Origin: Octopus sinensis
Lineage: Eukaryota
Length of the DNA stretch: 64,000 nucleotides
NCBI RefSeq assembly: GCF_006345805.1
Contig: NC_043010.1
Location: 6,448,001-6,512,000 of the forward strand
Direction: 5' to 3'
The position numbers were made by a program, and so were the translations under genes. Of this stretch, positions 51,886 to 64,000 are shown one piece after another; the first letter of the stretch is position 1; every line of letters begins with the position of its first letter. Below the pieces are notes generated by a model, which was given only the letters and a program-made list of their open reading frames with translations, did no database searches and was not told the origin of the DNA.

Positions 51886-52334
51886 AGGGTTTTGGGGGGG
51901 GTCTAAGTGAACACATAGTACCTCTATAGTATCCCCCCTTGACATTTGTTATCCTTTCTTTTTTTTTTAGCTCACAACATCCAATTCCAGGTTGCTAGGT
52001 GAATAACTTGGCCTTCATTTTTATGTTGGCAATGAACAAGTCTGACATCCTGGTGACACTGAAACTTCCCACTCCAAAATTCTTCTTGGTGGTTAGGCAT
52101 ATGCTGAAGACACCTCAAAGCCATACACAATTGTACTAATAATTCAAAGGAGTAAAAACATTGACAGAAAATTTATTCTAAATCTGAAAATCTTGCATGA
52201 AAATTGACCAGGAACACATTGTGAATTTGTTGTGCTGTGGCTCGTGAAAACTGTTGCCCAACTCCCAGCAAAGTTTCCAAAGAAAAAGGCTTCTATAAAT
52301 GTTTTTGTCACATGATTTCAAAAGAAAAATTAGC

Positions 52335-52490
52335 AGCCATGTGGTAAGAAGTTTGCTTCCCAACCACACATTCCTGGTTCAATCCCACTGTGTGACACCT
52401 TGGGCAAGTGACTTCTACTATAGCCTTGGGCCGACCAAAGCCTTGTGAGTAGATTTGTTAGATGTAAAGTAAAAGAAGCCCATCATATGC
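52335..52490 (+). mobile_element. SINE family A 5' half, older subfamily
   Basis: atgtggtaagaagtttgcttcccaaccac...ggttcaatcccactg; duplicated at 54393-54545. Confidence 0.8.
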
Positions 52491-52574
52491 ATATATATAT
52501 ATATATATTATATATATATATATATATAGATAGATAGATAGATATAGATTTATATACATACATACATTTATATA

Positions 52575-52622
<48 letters not shown>

Positions 52623-52688
52623 ATATATATGTATATTTATGTATGCATGTATGTATGCATAGGGTGTTGAAGTGGTGTACAAATATTG

Positions 52689-52871
52689 TATATTGAGAAA
52701 ATGGAGGCAGCCAGAATTTTGGATAATACTTTAGTAGCACTTTCGTTCGTTTATCGAACTTATCAAGACAAAATCAATCATTTTGATATTGTTTTGACAA
52801 GTTCAATAAATGAATGAAAGCATTAATAAAGAATTATCCAAAATTCTGGCTGCCTCCTTTTTCTCAATATA
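52689..52871. repeat. ~183-bp near spacer-less inverted repeat (fold-back)
   Basis: tatattgagaaaatggaggcagccagaattttggataat... / ...attatccaaaattctggctgcctcctttttctcaatata. Confidence 0.92.
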
Positions 52872-53212
52872 TATCTATGTATATATATGTGTATCTATAT
52901 CTGTCTATCTATCTATCTATACATACATACATTTAGGGTCCGACTGAGCTAGCACATGATCAAAGCCATTCCAGACATGACCATTTCATCTTTATTCAAG
53001 CATGACTATCAAGGACTACATTATGTTTCCTCTGCTGTTTCTTTTTTTTTTAAGACATTAAACCGTGACATGGCTGCCTTTTCTAGCAGGTCAAGCAGAC
53101 ACCTAGAGATTTCCACAATGATTTTTTCAATGACCATGTGAATTCTTGTTAGCTGATACTTCTTCTAAGTTGTATAGTACATTTTTTTCTTTTTTTTTTT
53201 TTTACTTCATCC

Positions 53213-53437
53213 ACCATTCCGATCGTGGCCGTTGCCAGCCTCGTCTGGCACGTAAAAAGCACCCACTACACTCACGGAGTGGTTGGCGTTAGGAAGGGCA
53301 TCCAGCTGTAGAAACACTGCCTGATCAGACTGGAGCCTGGTGCAGCCTTTCTGGCTTCCCAGATCCCCGGGCGAACCGTCCAACCCATGCTAGCATGGAA
53401 AGCGGACGTTAAACGATGATGATGATGATGATGATGA
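53213..53437 (+). mobile_element. Retroposon family D 3' part
   Basis: ggttggcgttaggaagggcatccagc core and (gat)n tail. Confidence 0.88.
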
Positions 53438-55075
53438 TATATTATATACGAAACAAGGTTTGGAAATGCAATTTTAAAAGATGTTTATTTACTTTACCGG
53501 TTTCACTCTTTGGAAAAAGATTGTCAAAAGTAACATGTAAAAGTTTGGTTGCATTAATTATTGGTTGTTACAAAACACTACTTTACATATATACAGTTTT
53601 TGGTAACAAGGACATGTTAAGGACATAAAAAAGTTTAACAAGTTCCTTAAAATATTGGGCACAAAAGATTACAACATAAATATACATTCTCAAGAACATG
53701 TTAAAGATAGTTTCCAGAAGGAATTATTAAAAAGTTCAGTGGGATATTGGTATTGTATCTGTATATTCAAACACGCACAGAATATGTATACATATATACA
53801 TACATATATACATACACACACACACATACACATATTTAATATATATATATGTATACATCACCATCATCATCATTTAACATCTATTTTCCATGTTGAAATG
53901 GGTTGGACAGTTTGACAGAAACTAGCAAAACAGAGGACTGGACCAAGCTTCACTGTCTGTTTTGGCATGTTTTTTTATGACTTGATACCCTTCTTAACAC
54001 CAAACACCTTACAAACTGGAATGGCTGCATTTGATGTGACACCAGCACTAGTGAGGTCTGGTTTGGCATAGTTTTTATAGCTGGATGCCCTTCCAAATGC
54101 CAACCAGTGTGCCAGTGTGGACTGTATGCTTTTTACGTGACACCAGCACTCATGGGGTCAAAAAGTAACTTGTAAGACAAAAATCCTTTGACAGGGTGGG
54201 CATTGGAGGAGGTGACTTTGTGCCACTTATGCATGTGTGTGTCTCTATTTGTCCCCAAGCACCACTTGGCAACTGGTGTTGGTGTGTTTACATCCCTGTA
54301 ACTGTGTGGTTCAGTGAAAGAGACTGATAGAATAAGTACCTTGCTTAAAAAAGTACTGGGGGCAATTCATTTGCCTAAAATTTCTCAACATGTTCCTGGT
54401 TCAATCCCACTGTGTGACACCTTGGGCAAGTGTCTTCTACTATAGCTTCAGGCCAACCAAAGCCTTGTGAGTAGATTTGTTAGATGTAAAGTAAAAGAAG
54501 CCCATCATATGCATATATATATATAGATTTATATACATACATATATGAAAGAAGCCCCATCGTATATATGTATATATATCAACAGACCACCATGTTGATT
54601 CGTTAGCTCCTGCACGCATTTTTTTCTCTCCTTGTTTCTCTCCTTGTTTTTTTCTGTGTTATCTTTCTGTCAAAGAGCGTAGGTTCAAAACGTAAAAGAC
54701 TTTTTCTATTTCTATTCCTGAGCGCCATACTAATACATTTGTTTGTTTGTACTCCACCTGCATGGCTACAGTCTGATGACTGAAATGATTAAAGAAAAAT
54801 ACAATTTATTATAATGCCTCAAAATTTGTTCTGCCTCTTCTGACTGATGAGTACAAATAACAACAGGAGAACTCAGAGAGCACAAACCTCCACCAAGGCA
54901 ACACTAACGTCCTCTCAACTATTATCCAGGGATGATTTTTAAAAGGAGAATATCTGAAATAAACTTGACTGCTCTCACAAACAAGAATACTAAAAACGAA
55001 TCTGACTATTCCCAAAAATTAAGTAGAAAAACAGGAAAAATTCTATCCCAGAATCTAATCAGTTCATGCGAATTT

Positions 55076-55377
55076 ATGGAGGCACTCCGTCGGTTACGAC
55101 GACGAGGGTTCTGGTTGATCCGATCAATGGAACAGCCTGCTCGTGAAATTAACGTGTAAGTGGCTGAGCACTCCACAGACACGTGTACCCTTAACGTAGT
55201 TCTCGGGGATATTCAGCGTGACACAGAGAGTGACAAGGCCGGCCCTTTGAAATACAGGTACAACAGAAACAGGAAGTAAGAGTGAGAGAAAGTTGTGGTG
55301 AAAGAGTACAGCAGGGATCACCACCATCCCCTGCCGGAGCCTCATGGAGCTTTAGGTGTTTTCGCTCAATAAACACT
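55076..55377 (-). mobile_element. SINE family B, 5'-truncated
   Basis: Reverse complement of ~27425-27729; approximate TSD tcatgygaatt. Confidence 0.92.
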
Positions 55378-55514
55378 CATGTGAATTACCAGTGTTGCGT
55401 ATGCCCGCTTCTTGTATATATATTGAAGATATTTCATCCAGCTGGTTGCTTTTCTTTCTACAAAATGAGAAGTTACATTGCAGAACTGTTATTTTAATGA
55501 GTTGTACATATTCA

Positions 55515-55664
55515 TCACCTGCCGAGATACATTTGTACCACCACATTCATTCTACGTACAAATTGGTTCGTTTTCTCCAAAAGATCACATATATAATCCT
55601 TCCTACTGGATGGTATAGGTATGTCCTTTAGCAAAACATCCAGTGTTATTTTATTCATCATCAT
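55515..55664 (-). pseudogene. Probable Penelope-like element ORF start, degenerate
   Basis: MMMNKITLDVLLKDIPIPSSRKDYICDLLEKTNQFVRRM resembles, from memory, the SLKNIPIPS..Y...L.EK...FIRRMRW N-terminus of some Penelope-like ORFs; not verified by search. Confidence 0.5.
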
Positions 55665-55878
55665 CTTGGTATGCTACCATAGAGCACCTTTCTCCTGGAA
55701 ATTGGAAATTGGTTGTGGTTATCGGATAATAAAATTAAATGTTTACAAGTTTTTTCTTATGTGTATATATATAATTTTTTGGACTAATGGGTATATGTCA
55801 ATTAGTATGAGAAGTAAAGCACATTCACAGTTTGGGCTATATATATGTATGTATACATATATATATATATACATACAG

Positions 55879-55927
<49 letters not shown>

Positions 55928-56030
55928 CATACACATATATATACATACACACGCACACACATATATATATACATACATATCTGTGTGTGTGAGGGTATAT
56001 GTATGTATGTGTGAGTAGGGGTGTATATAT

Positions 56031-56380
56031 GCATGGTTCCAGGTTCAGTCCCACTGCATGGTACCTTGGGCAAGTGTCTTCTACTATAGCCTCAGGCTGA
56101 CCAAAGCCTTGTGAGTGGATTTGGTAGACGGAAACTGAAAGAAGCCCATCGTACATATATATATATATATATATTTGTGTGTGTGTGTGTGTGTGTTTTT
56201 GGCCACCTGCCACTGCTTGACAACTGGTATAGGTGTGCTCATATCCCCGAAACCTAGCAGTTCAGCAAAGGAGACTGACAAAATAAGTATTAGACTTATA
56301 AAGAATAAGTCCTGGGGTCGATTTGTTTGACTAGAATGGCTGCATTCAAATGACTGAAACAAATAAAAGAGTGAAAGAAT
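56031..56380 (+). mobile_element. SINE family A, 5'-truncated
   Basis: Starts at catggttccaggttcagtccc. Confidence 0.85.
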
Positions 56381-56614
56381 ACAAACACACACATATTCAT
56401 ATATAGACACACACACACACACATGTATACAAAAATAATTCTTTCACTGAATAATTTTTGAATTTTATAACGAAGATGGGGTTGCAGTGATTAAGGTAAT
56501 GGTAAAAGAGAATGATGATGAGGGTGATGAGACAAAGCAAAGATGGCAGTGAAGGTGATGGTGGGCTTTCATCATTGTAAGTCGTGGTCATCCTGACTGT
56601 AGCGACTATAACTC

Positions 56615-56861
56615 AGATAACGATGACGGCAATGACGATGATGACAATGACGATGATGATGATGATGACGGCGATGGCGATGAAGATAATGATGATGATG
56701 ATGACGGCAATGGCGATGAAGATGATGATGATGATGATGATGACGGCAATGAAGATGATGATGATGACGATGATGATGATGACGACAATGATGATGGTGA
56801 TGATGATGACGACGATGACGATGAAGATGATGATGATGATGATGACGGCAATGGCAATGAA

Positions 56862-56892
<31 letters not shown>

Positions 56893-57424
56893 GTGACAGC
56901 GATGGCGATGAAGATGATGACGATGATGATGATGATGACCATGATGCCAATGCTAGTAACACTTCCAACAACAACAACAACAATGGCGCCATGGCTACAG
57001 CCAATACCACTACTGTTACAAATGCTGTCAATGTTGATGCTGACAGTAATAACAACAACAACATTAATAGTAATAATCATGATAATGATTACTGATGATG
57101 ATGATGATGATGATGATGACAGCTACAATGATGATGATGATGGCGATGGTAGCAATGGTGGTGGTTGTGGTGGTGGCAGCAGAGCATTTGAGAATGTATT
57201 GCTGGTGGTGACAGTGAGGATGACGATGGTGGTGGTGGTGGTAGTGGTGATGATGATGATGATGATGATGATGGTGAGGAGTAAGGGGAGGATGATGCTG
57301 ATGATGATAATGATGATGCTGATGATGATGATGATAATAATGATTATGATGGTGGTGGTGGTGGTGGTGATGATGATGGTGAGGAGTAAGGGGAAGATGC
57401 TGATGATGATGATAATGATGATAC

Positions 57425-57455
<31 letters not shown>

Positions 57456-57480
57456 GGTGATGATGATGATATTAATGATG
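56615..57480. repeat. (GAT/GGT)n compound microsatellite
   Basis: Direct reading. Confidence 0.93.
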
Positions 57481-57799
57481 CAGTGTATGAAGATTACATT
57501 GACAACGACAACAGCAGGAAGCGGAGATTAAAAAACAAAAACTATAGATCGGAAAAAAAAATAATAAAATTTTGTTTTCCTTTATTTATTTATTTATTTA
57601 TTTATTTATTTGTTTATTATTTTTTTTTTTACTTTCAACTAAATTTTTCTTGTAAAACAATTATGTTTTAACATGCTTCACATGTAGTTTTGCTTCTGGG
57701 GGTTTTTGTGAAGGGTCAAAAAACCAAAATAAATCAATAAATAAAATATGAAAAAAAAAAATTTCTCTGAAATGATTTTAAATAAAATTTTTTAGCCAT

Positions 57800-57982
<183 letters not shown>

Positions 57983-58465
57983 GAAGATTATCTTAGTTTT
58001 CAACATCAACATGACCTTTAGAAAGAGTTTTCTTGCAAGAACTAACTGTCACTCATTTCATACAACATTCAGATTTTAGGATGTTTTTTTTTTTTGCCCC
58101 AAAGTATGTTTCTTTTAGAAGGTGACCTTTTATAAAAGAGTTTTTTTTTTCAAATATTTTCTTAAATTATTTATGATGAAACAAATATAAATCTCTCTCT
58201 CTCTCTCTCTCTATCCTTCTCTTTCTCTCTCTCTCTTTCTATTGCATTTCGAAAATCATATTATATGAAGAATTTACCCATGATCCTCTTTATCTTGTAT
58301 TACTTACTGTGTTTCGAAGCAGCTCATGGCTGTTCCATAAATTTTAATTAGGTTGTTGTGTTTGGCAGTTGATATTATTTTAGTCAAGAGATAAGTAACA
58401 ACATCCTAATACGTGGAGCAGAAATTCTCAAGCTCAACTGCTACACAGGATTAACACTGCATGTA

Positions 58466-58982
58466 TATCATCATCATCGTTTAACGTCCGTTTTCCGCAC
58501 TAGCATGGGTTGGACGGTTCGACCGGGGTCTGGGAAGCCAGGGGCTGCACCAGGCTCCAGTCTGATCTGGCAGTGTTTCTACAGCTGGATGCCCTTCCTA
58601 ATGCCAACTATATATATATATGTTACCAGTGATATATAGCAACATCCAATAGTGTGGTTGATCCTGTGATACTGTAATATATCATCATCATCATCATCAT
58701 TTAGCGTCTGCTTTCCATGCTAGCATGGGTTGGACGGTTCAACTGGGGTCTGTGAAGCCAGAAGGCTGCATCAGACCCAGTCTGATCTGGCAGTGTTTCT
58801 ACAGCTGGATGCCCTTCCTAACGCCAACCACTCCGTGAGTGTAGTGGGTGCTTTTTACGTGCCACCCGCACAGGTGCCAGACGGAACTGGCAAACGGCCA
58901 CGGACAGATGGTGCTTTTTATGTGCCACCAGCACGGGGGCCAGGCGAGGCTGGCAACGGCCACGATCGGATGGTGCTTTTTA
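58466..58982 (-). mobile_element. Two family D 3' fragments (58466-58608, 58682-58982)
   Basis: (cat)n-tttarcgtc...gctggatgcccttcctaa in both. Confidence 0.88.
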
Positions 58983-59456
58983 CATATATGTATATATACA
59001 GTAATCTCTCAACTGTCATGGGTGTTACATTCCCAAACCCTCACAATAGGTGAAAATTTGCTAAGTAGAATTAATTGCACATAAACTTTATTGGTCTGAA
59101 GCAGAAATTTTTCATGGCCCCTGAAAAATTATTGTGGATGCCCAATTTACTATACTGTATCTTTGGACTCCCAAAAGTCTTATATGGAACCCCAGTTGAG
59201 AACCCCTGCACCAAATGATCATGGCTGGACCACTTTTGAGTATAGGGATGTTCTGGGGTTAAACAAACAACGACAACAATGCACTCATAGCACCTTACTC
59301 TTCTCTCTTTCAAATTGCTCAACATGTAATGCATAAGCCATGAGCTTGAGGAAATTGTAGTTAAATTTTCTGGAAACTACATGTGTACAATCAAAAAAAA
59401 TAAAAATGGATGGATACTTTGTACAATGTAGTCTATGTTAAATTGCGTTGGATGTA

Positions 59457-59860
59457 GGCGCAGGAGTGGCTGTGTGGTAAGTAGCTTGTTTACCAACCAC
59501 ATGGCTCCGGGTTCAGTCCCACTGCGTGGCACCTTGGGCAAGTGACTTCTACTATAGCCTCGGGCTGACCAAAGCCTTGTGAGTGGATTTGGTAGACGGA
59601 AACTGGAAGAAGCCCGTCGTATATATGTATATATATGTATATATATATGCATTTGTGTGTCTGTGTTTGTCCCCCTAGCATTGCTTGACAAGAGATGCTG
59701 GTGTGTTTATGTCCCCGTTACTTAGCGGTTCGGCAAAAGAGGCTGATAGAATAAGTACTGGGCTTACAAAAGAATAAGTCCCGGGGTCGAGTTGCTCGAT
59801 TAAAGGCGGTGCTCCAGCATGGCCACAGTCAAATGACTGAAACAAGTAAAAAGAGTAAAA
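59457..59860 (+). mobile_element. SINE family A, full length
   Basis: Colinear with other copies. Confidence 0.95.
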
Positions 59861-60171
59861 AAAAAAAAGAGATGAAAAAAGAAAGAAAATCAGGAATACT
59901 TTTTTTTTTTTATCAAAAGTCTGATAGATTAGGCCTTACTTAGGGCTACACAACAACAGCTAGAATATAATTTAGTTAGCTTCTGCAAAAAAAAAAAAAG
60001 ATCTTAATTAATTGAAATTTTCCACTTGGAGAAAAAGTAAGAAAACAATTACAAACCTAATGGCAATTGTTAGTGACTTGCAATTAAAAGAAGAAATAAT
60101 TTCAAAGTAGATTTACATGCTTGTAGGTAAGAAAGTAACAATTGCTGTTAGTTGTTTTTTTTTATATTTTA

Positions 60172-60565
60172 CTAGCAGTATCGCCCGGCGTTGCTCGGGT
60201 TTGTAAGGGAAATAACTATATAAGCATTTTTAGAGATGTAAAGTATAATAGCCATCTCAACATGGCTAACCACAAAGTGGGGGATGTTACTGTAGCCTTT
60301 TACGTTCTGAGATTTAATAATAAATTTTTAGAGAGTTACTTCCCTTATATATGCCAAAAATGCATTAAAAATGGGAAAAATTGATGGTAAATTTTTTTTT
60401 AAATTGTAGACTCATCATAGACGCGCGCTAATACTCAGAAGGGCTCATTATGAATCACGACTGTAAGATACCCAGTTTTGGTTAAACTACACCGCAAAAT
60501 GTGGGAGTAGTTAGGAATCTAAATCGTAGGAGACAGACACACAACTTCACTTTTATATATAAAGA
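60172..60565 (-). mobile_element. Non-autonomous Helitron
   Basis: Minus strand A|TCtttatatataaaag ... cccgagcaacgccgggcgatactgCTAG|T; last ~65 bp match the 15143 copy. Confidence 0.85.
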
Positions 60566-60663
60566 TTTAACAAACTGATTAAGAATTATTTACATCATCA
60601 ATGAACTTAATTATCCCTATTCATGTCATTGGTCCATTTGAGTTATTTTCCTTAGTTTATAAT

Positions 60664-60885
60664 CTTTTATCTTTTTCTTTTTTTAACTTGTTTCAGTCAT
60701 TGGACTGTGGCCATGCTGGGGCACTGCCTTCAAAATTTTTTTAGTAAAACAAATTGACCCCAGTGCTTTTTGCTAAAGTCTGGTTGAATAACAACCAGTC
60801 TCTTTTGCCCAACCACTAAGTTATGGGAAGGCAAACGAGCCAACACCAGTTATCAAGCAGGACAGATACAGACACAAAGACACAG
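60664..60885 (-). mobile_element. SINE family A 3' half, degenerate
   Basis: acttgtttcagtcattggactgtggccatgctgg...gtctcttttgcc. Confidence 0.7.
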
Positions 60886-61137
60886 ATATATACCCTATAG
60901 AGACAAACACTGATGTTCCATGCATTAGACTTGATAATTGTTGAGGGCATCCTTAGCATGAAACCAATGGTAGCCTTAATCTACAAATAAAGAATCTTTA
61001 TCCACCAGTGCAATGTTGAGCATTCCTTCTCATTGTTTGATATTTATACATGCATGCATGCATACATACATACATACATACATACATATGTATACATACA
61101 GATATAAATGAAGTAGTGGCAAGTGGAATATACATAT

Positions 61138-61178
<41 letters not shown>

Positions 61179-61182
61179 GCAT

Positions 61183-61440
61183 CGCCTGGCCCCGTGCCGG
61201 TGACACGTAAAAGCACCATCCGTTCGTGGCCGTTCGCCAGCTCTGTCTGGCACCTGTGCAGGTGGCACGTAAAAAACACCCACTACACTCGCGGAGTGGT
61301 TGGCGTTAGGAAGGGCATCCAGCCGTAGAAACACTGCCAGATCTGACTGGGCCTGACGAAGCCTTCCAGCTTCACAGACCCCAGTTGACCCGTCCAACCC
61401 ATGCTAGCATGGAAAGCGGACGCTAAACGATGATGATGAT
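61183..61440 (+). mobile_element. Retroposon family D 3' part
   Basis: Same core and (gat)n tail. Confidence 0.88.
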
Positions 61441-61652
61441 ATATGTATGTATATTTATATGCATATATATATATACAGGTAAAATCATATTTATTATAAT
61501 TTTAGCCACTGATAAAATCATCAATATTTATTGATTTTATCCTGAATGATGTATACATACATACATACATACATACATATATGTGAGTGTGTATGAATAT
61601 ATGTAAATATATGTATGTGCATAAAGGCTTCTAACAACTGCTTCATTTAGAT

Positions 61653-62285
61653 CAGGGGTGGGCAAACTACGGCCCGCGGGCCGCATGCGGCCCGTCATAG
61701 GTTTCCATGCGGCCCGCCGAGAGCTTTTATGAATCCCAACTTCTATGCAGATACTTCGTAACTGTTTCAGTTGTACGGTAATTCACAATAGTTTGCATTT
61801 TATTTCAGTTCACTGTTTCGCGCCTTCACAAAATTGTCCGCTGTTTGTTTGTTTCAGCTACTGTGAAGCGATGAAAAATTTCGAGAAATATCCCCATGAC
61901 ATCATAATAAAACACAATTCCGGGTGAAGATATGGTTGTCCATAATATTAAGAGGTGGTTGTCCACAATTAGTGCAGATTTTACTAGGAAAATTCCGTTC
62001 CTGGCAATTTGTAAGCAAACGCAGGCTGTCCAAAATAACCGAGGTTCCTGTAATAATTTCAACTATAGGAGCAAATAACCGAAAAACACGAACCCGATAC
62101 TCTAAAAAATAAATTAAATCACTTAAACCAGGAATATTTCACAAAATTTCCTTTCAATCAATTGTGTGTTTATAGGTCTATAACCGCCTTTAAAAGTATT
62201 TTCACTTGACTTTTATAAATGAGGCCCGCCAAGGTTCCAAAGACGCACTGTGCGGCCCGCGATCAAAAAAGTTCGCCCACCCCTG
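61653..62285. mobile_element. Non-autonomous hAT element (Charlie/Buster-like), 633 bp
   Basis: TIRs caggggtgggcaaact / agttcgcccacccctg, subterminal gcggccc repeats, perfect 8-bp TSD atttagat. Confidence 0.95.
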
Positions 62286-62602
62286 ATTTAGATGATAACA
62301 GCATGATCTAACCAAATTAGCTGATGGATTTATGAGTATTATTTATCCAGACTAGAGGATTAATAAAGTAATATGAAAAATAAAGGATGTAAGTGAAACT
62401 CAGTCAATGGAGTATGTTTGAAAGAGATGATGTTTGCCTATATTAATACACATATAACTACATTCCTTCCATATACATATATAGCAGGATTCTATCCAGT
62501 TTCTGTCCACCAAATTACAATGCCAGGGGATACTTCTAAAGGTGCCATGCAGCAGGATTGAACCTTGAAATCAAATGTTTGTAAAGCGAGCTACTTAATC
62601 AT

Positions 62603-62965
62603 AACTCTGAGCACCTTTTCAAACTCCACCCGTCTAACACCCGTGGACATATTTACAAAGTCAGAAAACAGCACAGCTCCCATGACTTCAGGAAACATTT
62701 TTTCACGCTGAGAGTTGCTGAAGCATGGAACAAACTGCCGGCATCAGTTGTTAGTTGTCAGAGCACTGCATCCTTCAAAACTTCCATGCTTTCTGAGATT
62801 CGCCAACACTACACCTGATCTTTCTCCCCTCCATACACACACAAGTATGTATCTGACTCATACATTGTTCGCTTTCCAGACATTTGTACATTACTGCATG
62901 TACTTTATATGCACTTTCTGACAAGTTGTGGTGCACCTGGGCACTGTATACAATAATTTCATTAT
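62603..62965 (+). mobile_element. CR1-type LINE 3' end (5'-truncated)
   Basis: Near-identical to 21826-22190. Confidence 0.9.
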
Positions 62966-63150
62966 ATATATACTCTGTGCCCCATATATTGTTTGGATGT
63001 TGATGGATTTGTATGGCTGACTGGACATTCAGCCTGTGTTGGCGCCAGTCCTTCCTGACATTCGAGGTAAACACACACACACATGCATGTACAGGTAAAA
63101 AGGAAGAGAAACAGGGAGAGGGCAAGACATTGCAAATTACTCATTAAATA

Positions 63151-63313
63151 GGTGCAGGAGTGGCTGTGTGGTAAGTAGCTTGCTTACCAACCACATGGTT
63201 CTAGGTTCATTCCCACTGCATGGCACCCAGGGTAAGTGTCTTCTACTATAGACTCGGGCCGACCGAAGCCTTGTCAGTGAATTTGATCGACGAAAACTGA
63301 AAGAAGCCTGTCG

Positions 63314-63405
<92 letters not shown>

Positions 63406-63532
63406 TTGTGTGTCTATGTTTGTCCCCTCGAACATCGCTTGACAACCGATGGTGGTGTGTTTATATCTCCGTAACTTAGCAGTTTGGCAAAAAGAGACCG
63501 GTAGGATAAAAACTAGGCTTAGAAAGAATAAG
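63151..63532 (+). mobile_element. SINE family A lacking its 3' end
   Basis: Head at 63151, ends at aaagaataag. Confidence 0.9.
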
Positions 63533-63533
63533 A

Positions 63534-63859
63534 CTTATTCTTTGTAAGCCTAGTACTTATTCTATCGGTCTCTTTTGCCGAGCTGCTAAGTGATGGGGAC
63601 ATAAACACACCAACATTGGTTGTCAAGCAATGCTAGGGGGACAAACACAGACACACAAACATACACACACACACATATATATATATATATGTATATATAC
63701 GATGAGCTTCTTTCAGTTTCCGTCTACCAAATCCACTCACAAGACTTTGGTCGGCCCGAGGCTATAGTAGAAGACACTTGCCCAAGGTGCCACGCAGTGG
63801 GACTGAACCCGGAACCATGTGGTTGGTAAACAAGCTACTTACCACACAGCCACTCCTGT
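63534..63859 (-). mobile_element. SINE family A lacking its 3' end, tail-to-tail with the previous copy
   Basis: Begins cttattcttt, the mirror image of the previous copy's end. Confidence 0.9.
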
Positions 63860-64000
63860 GTCTTTTGTATTTTTTTTAACATATTCCCCTTTCAGATTCA
63901 CACACTTATTGCAGCAGTCCTTCAGTTTTTCTAAGTCCTGCAAAAGAACTCAGAAGTTTTGGCCTCCAATCAGGCTTTTCATGCTACCTTTAAAGCCAGG

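Noticed and set aside
51166-51910. Asp-rich ORF with a hydrophobic N-terminus resembling a secreted acidic biomineral protein
   Set aside because: Starts at GTG, the leader is (TTG)n and the acidic part is (GAT)n; several frames are open, as expected for a microsatellite.
58998-59209. Possible hAT MITE ending gttgagaacccctg
   Set aside because: Only one convincing TIR and no TSD found.

Overview
Eukaryotic, AT-rich, repeat-saturated intergenic or intronic DNA. The SINE families and extreme microsatellite load suggest an octopus (coleoid cephalopod); this is an inference. No host protein-coding gene can be supported: nearly all listed ORFs are microsatellite or repeat artefacts. Content: (1) a ~7.7 kb tandem array of ~61 units (6759-14449), each made of the tRNA-like head of a SINE plus an upstream flank that reads as oligo-T on the minus strand; (2) dozens of copies of at least five SINE-like families, labelled A, B, C, D and F here, several nested or with swapped tails; (3) DNA transposons: a full-length dead mariner, a Tc1 fragment, an internally deleted DD41D element, hAT and piggyBac-like MITEs and three non-autonomous Helitrons; (4) LINE relics: three CR1-type 3' ends, two R4/Dong-type 3' fragments (one with an in-frame 54-bp x ~18 expansion) and an internally deleted R4/Dong derivative; (5) Penelope-like relics with minimal hammerhead-ribozyme-like motifs and two near spacer-less fold-back structures. 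All calls were made by eye, so the boundaries of degenerate copies are approximate.
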